Shown: positions 53,963 to 64,000 of the stretch, piece after piece
How the letters are laid out: every line of letters begins with the position of its first letter
How positions within the stretch are numbered: the stretch's first letter is position 1
Source: Lytechinus pictus
Taxonomy: Eukaryota
Assembly: GCF_037042905.1 (NCBI RefSeq)
Contig: NC_087245.1
Coordinates: 3,598,001 to 3,662,000, forward strand
DNA: 64,000 bases
Reading direction: 5' to 3'
Made by a program: the position numbers and the translations under genes
Notes under the pieces: model-generated
Databases searched by the model: none
Told to the model about the DNA's origin: nothing
Seen by the model: the letters and a program-made list of their open reading frames with translations, nothing else

Positions 53963-56900
53963 TTATCTCTTTCTTCTAACTGATCAATTTCATGAATAAA
54001 TCACATATACAACCACACCTGTGAATTGATTAGATCAAGGTATTCTTTCAAACTCCTTTATTAAATCAAGACACCTGGATTCAGTCTACCTGAACAGGTT
54101 GTTTTTCCAGACCATTGTCAAGGTCAGCAGTATGGTATAGTAGGCACCACCTTGTTGATAGATGGTAACTTTTCACAGGTAATACACCTCACCCATCAGT
54201 GTCAAACATTGAATAGAATCAAATACTCAGTGTCATGGCTTCTGCAGTTCTGTGTGATTCATCTTGCCGTTGTTCTTAGCTAAATTGCATTTGTTACACC
54301 AAGGTTGTTTTGGGGATTTGATTGAATTTGGAACAGGGACAGAAATAAATGGGATGCTCTTAGCACATGGATGTTAGATTGAACAGAAAGGTAGATTGAA
54401 ATCAGAAAAATAAGACTTTGGTTTCAGAGAGAGCCTTTGTGATGATTTCGAAGACAAGTGGATGTAGGGCCCATTTGTATTTATAGAAGATAATGAGAGA
54501 AAATTGTTATTTATCTGTGATAGCATAGACAGCTCAACTTGTTATAAGGAACAAAAATCACAATTCAAACATTTGATGTACCATACAAATCCTGATTGAT
54601 TTCATTGGGTGACAATTATTACATATTGTACTACTTCAATCTTCAGACAAATACAATTTCATTAGTTACTAAGTTTATAATTCAAGTGAAAGGATGGGGC
54701 TAAAGTGGTTATGATAGAAATATGAATCAACAACTTGCACTTATTTTGAAAATTTTTGCTTATCTGAGGAAAATTAGCTGTCAAAACTCTGAGAACTCAT
54801 TCCAGGATGACTGAATGTTTCACATGGGAAAACCAGAAGCAGAAAAACTTCCGCTTTGGGGCTCTTAGGGCAATCATGAATGTACCAGTTCTCTATTTTG
54901 ATCGTTTTACCATAAACAGTGTTTTTCGAAACAGTACTATAATACTCAGTTCTTCTAAAGTACTTGAGGTTCTGTGTGATCTGCTTTGTTTTCTTATAAT
55001 TTCTTGTGGGACACTTGTGTGAGAAAATAGAGAAACTTGGAATTGACATTTAGGAAGACATTTAATGAAATTTGAAAGAAATTCCCCAAATCCATTTTTC
55101 ATTTCATTTATTTCCATATTCAATTAAAAATAAACAATAATCATCAAATCACAAACAAGAATGTATACATATATATCACATACAGAAAAAAACACATAAA
55201 AAAGGAAAGAAAGTGAGATAAGGCTATTTTATATACATATAAAAAACTACATAACAAATTGAAATATGGTGGAAACACCAAAAGCCACGAGGGTTTATAG
55301 AGGGTAAATGGCCTATCGAGGGTATTTACATCTATTATTTGCTTTCGCAAATATTTTTCTCTTTGGAACACAAACAATTAGGCCTACATAGATTTCCATT
55401 AAGAAAAGAGCTTAGATGGCATTGAGCTATAATGAACGGGTTGCTTATTGCAATTGCAATTTCCAAATCGACAAATTTTCATAGGGATGTAGATTTAGTC
55501 CCATTTTGATTTCAATATTTTCTATATCCTTGCCGTTCAAATTCTACTGTAGCTATTGATGAGAAATTAATGATATTATAAACACGATAGATAATCATCT
55601 TTAAAAACCTGCATATAGTGCAAAAATTTCAAGTGAGAAAGCAGGGATTGTGCTTATTTTGATGAGAGTGCAATGGCCTGATAGAACACACTGCACAATA
55701 AACTAAGATGAGTTGTCGAGTCGAGGTCATCACTGGTCAAATGCAACACCAACAGACATGGGGGCTCCAGGGTGTCGGAAAATAAGGTTGCATTCAACTT
55801 CAAGAGACCTATTCCTAGAATCATGGTTTTGAAATATATAAAGCTAAAAATATAGGTTAGATTGGTAGTGAAAACAAACGAACAATAAAAGGCAGGTTAA
55901 AATATTATTTTACACAAATTTGCATTATTGAAATCACATGAACATGACAAGGAGAGTTGAATCATATTTTTAATAATGAACAAATTTTAGCAGAAGAGAA
56001 GGGAATTTAAAAAAATCATTTCTATTAATAGGATTATTGTTCACATATCTCAAGAGGGACAACCAATTATTGCTTTATTGATTTTTTAAACATCTCCATA
56101 ACATTTCCTTTAAAAAAAAACTGTTTACATTGCATATTTATGTAGACTTTTAGTCAAACTTTTCCTTTGGTAATGCTCTTGCTGCTATTAAACATTTCTT
56201 CTGTCATGAGCCCCTCCCCCCTCCCTCCCCCTCTGGTTCACTGAGTTTCTAGGTGTTCTAAGATTTGATGACACTCGGAAAAAATCAGGGACACATTGAA
56301 AAAAAAAATTTAAATGACAGTAAAAAGTATGATGCATTAAATTAGTATTTAATGGTTTTAGCATGAGCAATGGTTTGTGTGGAGATTTACACTTTTTGTG
56401 ATGATTTCGACATATTGTGTTGAAAGATACTTTGTAACGATTGGGCTACTCATGTCTTTATGCCGTTTAATAATGCATACATATGTATGGTCAATTTAGA
56501 AGTTCTTATCAGTGATAAGTTAAGTTATTGGTTATTGAGTATCATTTGCAACTCTTTTGTCTAATTATGTAAAAGAAATTTAAAAAAAAAACCTATACGA
56601 GCAATTCTAATTGAAAAACAATAAACTAGTACTAGGAACAGATTCTTTGAATTGATCTATCCTCATGGGATTAATGTACCCAATTCACTGGGTAGGCCTT
56701 TATCTAGGAAATGGTCTTCACGGCTGCTCATATGGTAGGTTTATTGAATACATAAAGCAGGTGTAGGTGGTCTTTTATTTTTTGTTTTCCCTGTTTGTGT
56801 ATAAGCCAATATTCCCTAGCATAAAGATTAGACTTTGCCAATTGCCTTGATATACTCACTGCATTGGAATGCTATTGCTGCCATATTCTGGCACAACCTA

Positions 56901-58416
56901 CATGTATGGGGTATACTCCATACAATTAGTTACCCTATTAAGTCATGATAGGAAACCATCTGGATTTATGATGGGGTAAAGCTTCTGCACCCTTCTTACC
57001 GGTATATGATGAATTGATGGGGTCGATTGAACTTGGCAGAACTCCATGGCCTGAACAACAAGATTCAAAGGAGTAAAACTGGTCCGGATCAGGGCCTATG
57101 ATATACTGGGAAGTCTGAATATCACTGTAGGTACACCAAAGCAACTGTATATTAAACAAAAGAGATAATTCTAATTTATGGATGTTGTGAAGTGTTTAGA
57201 TAAAAGGTCACAGTTACTACAAAATTAATGCATAGGGAACTACTTGAAAGTGTTTTAGTATAGGTCTTATTCATCTTTAGACACTGACCTCAAACAAAAA
57301 GCAATCATCTATGTTTGAAAAGTAGACAATTAGATGCCTTGCAAAACAATGACTGATGTATATTCTCTGAACAGTTATTGTTTCAACCTGTGTATGAAAG
57401 GAAAATGATTTCACTGTATAAAACCTATTTCCATCTCTGATTTGTCTTCATAGTTTTTGTTCACATTGTTGTGACCTATGGCATACTCGGTAATAAAAAA
57501 AGATGATTAATACCCCTTTCATATTGCGCTTTTCCCCGGCAAACTTCGCCAGCGAAGGGGAAAGTGTCCAGTATGAAAGGTACACAGGAGAACTTCACCG
57601 GCGAAGTTCGCCGGTGAACTTCTCCACCTCTAGAGGTGGAGAACTTCGCCGGTGAAACTTTTCCCCGGCGAAGTTCGCCGGTAAAACAGCCAGTATGAAA
57701 GCAAACCCGGAGAACTTCTCCTCTTTAATGACGTCAGAGGTCGTTTTTTCCCCTCCCGAAATCCCCTGAACTGAGATTCCGCGCGCTAGCTAGCTATTAT
57801 TTCCGTGGATAAATGTAGAAGGCCACGCTTTATGAGCGATTCGATCATTCCATAGAGTTAAATACCCTCGAACATACTATTTTTTTTTTCACTAACGATA
57901 TTATCATTAAAGCGTTACATACATGCTGAAAATGCGTTTGATATATCAAAATACTTTTGATTCTTTTTTGTTTTGCTTTTAATATTTCTAGAATATGTTG
58001 TAATTTTTTTACACCTTTTTGTAATCGGTAAGAAGCAATGTTTACAATATTCATTTCGTTCGTTCTAATTCTGCATGGACGTGCCGAGTGAGCTGATCAG
58101 CAGCAGCTGCTGAGAAGTATCTACCTGCCGTCATCTCCAAAACTTCACTGATTAAATTAAATAGGTATCTGCAATTATTAAGGGAATATTACGATTAAAA
58201 TTCAAATAAAATAAAAAACGCGCACTTTCGTTTGCACGTACTTCCGCCCGAGCAAATCACCCGTCGACTTTCGCCAGGGAAGAGATGTCAGTGCGAAAGG
58301 GTACATTTTTTCTTCGCCGGGGAAGTGAGGAATGGGTGCCGGAGAAGTTCGCCAGGGAAAAATGAAGAGGCCAGTCTGAAAGTAGCCTCTTGTCGAGGCC
58401 CTGTCGGCTTCTTTAA

Positions 58417-60046
58417 AGGAGAATGAAACTCTTGGAGCAAGTAAGCTTTTGTGAAAGCAGAAAAATCAAAGAATAAGATCAACAAAAGTTTGAGTAAAAT
58501 AGGACTAGCAATAGAAGATAAAAAAAAAAAAAAAAAAAAAAAGTATGTTATCTTCCATTCTAAAAGGAAAAAAATTGTAAGTAATATTGAATGTGTTAAA
58601 ATTGATGGCATTGCTATTGAAAGGAAAGATTGTATTGATTTTTTAGGTGTCACTATCCAAGAAAACTTGGAATGGAAAAAACACATTGATCATGTTTGTA
58701 ACAAAGTTCTAAAATGTATTGGAGTTTTGTACAGACTTAAGGATTTTTTGCCCCTCAGCATATTACTTAATATTTATTATTCTATATTATTTCCCCATCT
58801 TAACTATTGTAATATTATTTGGGGTAACACATTTAAATCAAATTTATCTAAATTATTTATTTTACAAAAGAAAGCTGTTCGTTTGTTAACAAATTCTCAT
58901 TATATGAGTCCAAGTGCGCCTCTTTTCGTTAAACACAAAGTGTTACCTTTATTTGAGTTAATTCGTTTAAATACATGGATTTTTATGTTTAAATTTCACA
59001 AAGGCACCCTTCCAGATAATTTCTCACAAATGTTTCAAACAAATTCTCAAATTCATAATTACTCTACTAGACATCAAAACAACTTACGTATTCCTTTTTC
59101 TAAAATTAATTTTATTCGTAATTCCATCAGATATATCGGGGTGAAAGAATGGAATTCTCTCACTTCTGATATCAAAAACAGCACAACTCTCTCACGATTT
59201 AAGTTACTATCAAAGTCATTTTTGTTCAATTATTTAAAAAACTCAAATCCCACCCTGTAATAGTATTTTATCTTCTTCTTTTATCTTGTCTTATCTTCTA
59301 TTCTATCTCCTGTGTTTTTGCATTGTGTGATGATGTGTTGAAGTGTGTGTGTGTGTTTATTTATAACCTTTTTACCATTTATGTTATTTGTATATTTGTA
59401 GGGCCCCGGCTATAAGCAGTCTTGCTTCTTAGGGGTCCTGACCATTAAGTAATTTGTAACCTGTTATATTTTGAATTAGTTTGTTTGTATCATGTTATTT
59501 TTGTAATATTTTGATGTCTTTTTAATGGTCAATAAAATTGAATTGAAATTGAAATTGAAATTGAGTTATGAGCATTTGAATGTCGAGATCACTAATGCTA
59601 TGGAGATCCTCCCATTGGCAATGCGACCAAGATCTATGATGTCACAGATGAACAACTCTCCCCTTTTGGACACTGAAAATATACCCCAAAACATCTCTTT
59701 TTGCTCATTCTAATCATATGACAAACGATTCATCAATGATATAATGTTGTGAAACCTCTGTACTTGTCCTCTCATAAAGAGAACACCTCACCTTGTGATA
59801 GACTCTATAAAAGTGAGAATATAAGTGAAATAAGTACTAAAGTAATGAGGGAGTTGTACGTGTGTGACATCAGAGATCTTGGTCGCATTGCCAATTGGAT
59901 GATCTACATGGCATTAGTGATCTCAATATTCAAATGCTCACAACTTTCTTATTATTCATTCAATCTTCCTCAAACTTTCAACAATATGTTTCTTTGATTT
60001 TTCTCTTTGATATGGATTCAGCTGGTTTCAAGGGTTTCATTCTCCT
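58417..60046. mobile_element. Kolobok-like MITE (about 580 bp of own sequence) with TTAA TSD, interrupted by a LINE
   Basis: TTAA|AGGAGAATGAAAC ... GTTTCATTCTCCT|TTAA, with long internal inverted arms (59565-59660 vs 59850-59945). Confidence 0.87.
58519..59564 (+). mobile_element. 5'-truncated non-LTR retrotransposon (CR1/L2/Crack group): ORF2 C-terminus, 3' UTR and microsatellite tail
   Basis: ORF to 59260 with FLGVTIQENLEWKKHI, YYSILFPHLNYCNIIWG, LQKKAVR, HNYSTR and GVKEWNSL motifs of the RT thumb/C-terminal region, then AATAAA and an (ATTGAA)n tail. Confidence 0.9.
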
Positions 60047-60262
60047 TTAAGCTTTCCGGGCGAACATTGCGAAGCAAGGGAGAGAGCGAAGCAGAGCGCC
60101 GCGAGACAGGGCCTGTTGACATCTGACCCGAATTTCACCGACTTTCTTTTGTTATTTTATTGTTTTTACCAATATACCGACCAAAAACTGGTCGGTGAAA
60201 ATCATCCAATGAGAGCACGGGCTGCTATGACGTCATATTGAATATTCATGAGCTCATCTTGA

Positions 60263-60672
60263 ATGGCGACCCGTGGATTCTTGGCGAAGAGTGACGACGA
60301 AATATCAAAGAGCATTGAATATGCCTCTAAAATGCTGAATATTGACCGATTTAAGGATTTGCAAGTCGATAAAATTAAATATGCACTGAAAGGACGAGAT
60401 GTTTTTGTAAATCTACCCACAGGATATGGAAAAAATGTTATCTTTCATGCGATTCCACTGTGTGTCGATTATCGTTCTCCGCGGTGCAGTGAGGGAATGC
60501 TGGAGTAGAGTTGTTTCCCCTTGACTCGAGTCTGACCAGCGGCTGAACAGTATCTCCCGGGAAGTTTCGGGGCGGTGATGAGTCTTTTACGGCCAGTACT
60601 AGTAGTAGTAGTAGTAGTACCACTGCTTGTAGCATTTTGCTGGTTATATCCCCTTTAGTGTCCCGCAATTAA
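60263..60672 (+). pseudogene. Truncated, frameshifted RecQ-family (SF2) helicase N-terminus carried by the transposon
   Basis: FKDLQ (Q-motif-like) and GRDVFVNLPTGYGKN (motif I) lie in ORF 60263-60508. SILLVISPLVS (motif Ia) lies at 60631-60663 in another frame after an (AGT)n tract. Motifs II-VI are absent. Confidence 0.82.
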
Positions 60673-61658
60673 TTGAATCCCCTGCAGAATAGTGGACTAC
60701 TATAGTATTCCGAACCCCGGACGAAACAGCTTTGACATTTCATTGGTTTACTAGGTGACCGGTGATACCGGTGATACAACTCATGTATATTCATTAGGAA
60801 GACGTTCCTCATGAATATATAATTCAGATCAGATGTCAAGAGGCCCTGGCTCGCGCCAGGCCTAATTCGCTTCACGAATTAGGAAATCCCTCGCTTTGCT
60901 CGGGAAGCAGCCGCCAGGGCATCGACAAGAGGCTAGTCTGAAAGGGGTATTAGACACATTTTTATGTGCTGTGATTGAAGAAAAAACACTGTTGAAGACT
61001 GACCATTTTCTTTTTGTCTATAGATAGTTTCCTGTTGTTAATTATCCTAGTTATAACATGATGTTATCCTTTAATTGTAATGCAGGATGGTGTGTTATCT
61101 AAGCCGTATCATCCTCGATCTCTCGACCCATTTGATTAACGAGTGATCTTCATTAATCGACTTCCATGGTCAACCCATATCATACATGCCTTGTATATGT
61201 TTGGGCTTCATTGCTCTACACACTGAATGGGAAAACAAACAAACATTTAAGGGAATGGGTTCAATGATGGCAACTGCCATTGGACATTCTTTGGAAGTTG
61301 AATTGATTGTTTTTCTTGTTGAAATTGTTTGGAGATTTGAAAATATTATTTGAGTTCCCTTCAGTTGTATAGTGACTAGTTGTTTAACTCATGAAGTATT
61401 TATATGAAGTGTGGGAAAAGAGTAAAACATGCAAGATCTCTCTCAGAGGCCTACATGAAAAGAGTCCCCAAACTTTTTAATCCCACATGATGTTGATAAA
61501 TTCACAACTGAATGTGCTTTTCATTAAAGCCAGATTAATTTTGGTTATTAGTGCTGGTTTGTAATATATTCATTTGGATTGTGTCTGAAACAAGATCCAT
61601 TGTTGAATGAAAATTTGGTTCACTAGTACCTGAATTATTTCCCCATCTGACAATTTCA

Positions 61659-62041
61659 TACCCCTTTCATAAACCCAATTATGCGGATAATATCCGCATA
61701 ATTTGGTCATAAAATCGTAGCGGGACCAGAGTTATCCGCATTATTTCCAAGCTGCAATTATCCGCATAATAGGGGCATCGGGACCAGATTTTGACTTTAT
61801 GAACACATTTCCAAAGTAATGCGGATAATTGCCATGGTGCGGTCACAAGGTCACCCTTTTCCAACACAACCCCATCGGAGGGGGTGTGTGCAGTTGCCAT
61901 GACAATTATCCACCTTTTTCAGGTCGGGCGCTCGTAAAAAAATAGTGCGGATTATTTTCGGAGTTTGTGAATGTAATTTTTATTGAATTATCCGCACTAC
62001 TCTTAGGCGGATAATTGGAGGATGGGTTTATGAAAGGGGTA
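61659..62041. mobile_element. Harbinger-like MITE (383 bp), TCA TSD
   Basis: TACCCCTTTCATAAACCCA / TGGGTTTATGAAAGGGGTA, flanked by TCA, with internal TATCCGCA/TGCGGATA repeats. Confidence 0.9.
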
Positions 62042-62502
62042 TCAGATTCCTCCAGTAGATTTTCAAGCAGTTATTGTTTATTTCCATGACCTTCTTCATT
62101 ATAATAGATGATTTAATTATTTCATTTCCTATATCTTTCATTCCTTCATATCATCATCACATCATCCCAGCCTATGAACAGAGGAAATTAATATTGACAA
62201 TGTATATCAGTTTGTGAGTTATTTCAGGAGCCATTGCTGGTTGACAATGAGTAATGATAATAAACAGTACTCTTCACAAAAATAAAGATTTGTTTGATGA
62301 CTGATGTTTCCTAGTAACATCAATAAAATGAAAGTTTGGCAAAAATAGTTTGTGTTTTAGTAAGAAAATCAGTTGTAATATTTGCCATTTATATACCTCC
62401 ATGCAGTATGAACCACATTGGGCATTTTTACAAGTGTATTCGTGACCAAAATCACTTTCAACTCTGAAGCAAATCAGTTTGTCCATAACCTGAACTCCCA
62501 AT

Positions 62503-62979
62503 AGGTGGTTTCAGACCGCCTCAAATTTCGTCAGTTCCAGGTATTTTCTGATCGGGAAATTTACCCCGATCAAAAAATACCAGGTAATATTGGCAATGTG
62601 AAAGCAAACTACGCGTAATCTCCCCGAAAGAAAATACCCACTAAATAGTAGGTACTTGTCAAAATTACGAGAACTTTCGCGGGGATTTTTCCAAGGTCGC
62701 AGGTATTTTGGCAATGTGAAAGCAATTTACGGGAACTTGTAGCCCAGCGTGTAGTTGGGCGCGGGCGCCGTGGGTGGCTGCTGAGCTAGTGATTGTGAAT
62801 CTCGTGCCTTGCCTGCTTATCAGACCATACTGAACATGCTCGTAACTTCAGGAGCTTATCTCGAAGGGTATGTTTCGGGGCGGTGTGAATGCAGGAATAA
62901 TTAATGGGTATTTTTTAGCCTAAAAAAGTTCTCGTAATTTAACGGGGATTCTTATGATCGAGGCGGTTTGAAACCACCT
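62503..62979 (-). mobile_element. MITE family A, inverted copy, TSD AAT
   Basis: AGGTGGTTTCAGACCGCCTC ... GAGGCGGTTTGAAACCACCT, flanked by AAT. Confidence 0.9.
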
Positions 62980-63099
62980 AATAGAAATTATACATTCAGA
63001 ATCATATTGTGTGAATTCTCTAAATGGAAGACAGAAGAAAAAGCCTAAAAATCTTATGAAACAAATGTAAAGTAGAATTGATAACTTTCAAGGTGCTAT

Positions 63100-63312
63100 T
63101 TTTGAGAAAGACATTGCTTTTCCGGCGGCAGTGTTGTCAGCGTTGAAATCTTAACTATGGTTGAGTGTTTCAAATGTCATTATAAGGACCTATTTCATGA
63201 AACTTGGACAAAAGGTAATCAAGTATTATTGATCATTTTGACAATTTTGGGGGCATTTCCTGAAATATCATCATAATTTTGAAAGTGTATAGGTTTAGTT
63301 CATGAAACTTTG
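63100..63312 (+). mobile_element. Degenerate copy of the repeat at 425-735
   Basis: GCTTTTCCGGCGGC...AAATCTTAA...AAATGTCAT...GGACCTATTTCATGAAACTTGG...GGTAATCAA is collinear with that repeat. Confidence 0.55.
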
Positions 63313-63377
63313 CTCAACTCTTTATTTCCCAAATTGTCACTGTCAATGTACAGTATGAAATGTCAACATCATGAATT

Positions 63378-64000
63378 TTTAGGTGGTCTATCTATGACAG
63401 ATCACCTCTAAATTTCGTCAGAATTTTCTTTATTATTTATTTTTAGCACCCATGTTTGTCGCCAATTTTTCTCCAAATTGGCAGAATCAATTTGGCTGAT
63501 TTTTCTGTCATATATAGAGTCTATCATAGAGACGGCATACTAAGCTTTTCAAGGTCATCTGATTACGATGACGTCATCTACGCGCCATTTTGTAAAATTC
63601 TCAATTTGATCATATCAACATAACGGATCATCAATAATCAACCATATTTACATTACATAAACTTTAGGTTAAAGGTCATCTGTCAATGTCATCAAAGGTC
63701 ATGTAAAGGTCATGACGCGCGCGTAAAAGCCAAAAAAATTCTCCAAATGGCCTATAACATTTTTTGGGTACGTTTCAAGTCATTTTAAACATTTCAAAAA
63801 TTTGCGCACGCGCACATATGCGCACGCCATAACGAAACGCAGAAACACATTTTTTAATATATCATTGCATTGATGATATAATTCTGAGCAATTTGATACC
63901 TTGATCAACCTTCTACGACCATTAATAACGAAATTAACACCCATTAAAGTTTGCAGCACGTGTGCGCGCGAGCTCTCACTACAGGCCATATATGGGCAAA
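63378..64000 (+). mobile_element. Probable Helentron/HINE-like non-autonomous element running off the window end
   Basis: T-run, terminal hairpin AGGTGGTCT...AGATCACCT, a TTAT-type simple repeat, then a CpG-rich body with repeated AAGGTCA. The classification is inferred from architecture. Confidence 0.5.

Larger units (their letters stand above)
58383..60935 (+). mobile_element. Non-autonomous AcademH-like DNA transposon (about 919 bp of own sequence) with a RecQ-like helicase remnant
   Basis: TIRs TAGCCTCTTGTCGAGGCCCTGTCGGCT / AGCCGCCAGGGCATCGACAAGAGGCTA and a perfect 9-bp TSD GTCTGAAAG (58374-58382, 60936-60944). A RecQ-like helicase with 9-10-bp TSDs is the described signature of AcademH. 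Confidence 0.85.
57511..60949. mobile_element. Harbinger-like non-autonomous element (about 877 bp of own sequence: 57511-58382 plus 60945-60949) hosting nested insertions
   Basis: Left TACCCCTTTCATATTG. The right TIR CAGTCTGAAAG|GGGTA is split by the Academ-like insertion. Many internal TTCGCCGG/CCGGCGAA repeats. Flanks are TAA and TTA. Confidence 0.82.

Noticed and set aside
58451..59260. 269-aa ORF as a host gene
   Set aside because: A chimera of MITE sequence, an A-run and a LINE ORF2 C-terminus, lacking the catalytic RT core.
60263..60508. Functional cellular RecQ helicase gene
   Set aside because: Truncated after motif Ia, frameshifted, and enclosed by transposon TIRs and a TSD.
50100..64000. 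Gly-X-Y collagen exons expected downstream of TSPN (for example GKPGK near 51770, GAPG near 55760)
   Set aside because: No sustained Gly-X-Y register with splice sites; the triple-helical exons presumably lie beyond the window.

Overview
AT-rich animal genomic DNA; the repeat families resemble those of echinoderms such as sea urchins, which is an inference. Most of the window is intronic sequence of a large + strand gene for a multiplexin-type collagen (collagen XV/XVIII-like). Visible exons are a phase 1-1 fibronectin type III exon (8935-9255), a two-exon thrombospondin-N/LamG domain (45564-46117, 47207-47275), a short Ser-Gly exon (48749-48808) and a candidate 6/15-nt microexon (from 49929) followed by a dense ACTAAY cluster. 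No Gly-X-Y, endostatin or signal-peptide exons were found, so the gene runs past both window edges. The introns hold many non-autonomous DNA transposons (Harbinger-, hAT-, Kolobok-, CACTA- and Helentron-like), tRNA-derived SINEs, and a four-level nest at 57.5-60.9 kb: Harbinger-like MITE > AcademH-like element with a RecQ helicase remnant and a 9-bp TSD > Kolobok-like MITE > 5'-truncated LINE. A dispersed set of ultra-short CAT...ATR inserts with 7-bp duplications is also present. No prokaryotic systems or CRISPR arrays are seen. All family assignments come from reading termini, TSDs and motifs by eye, not from database searches.
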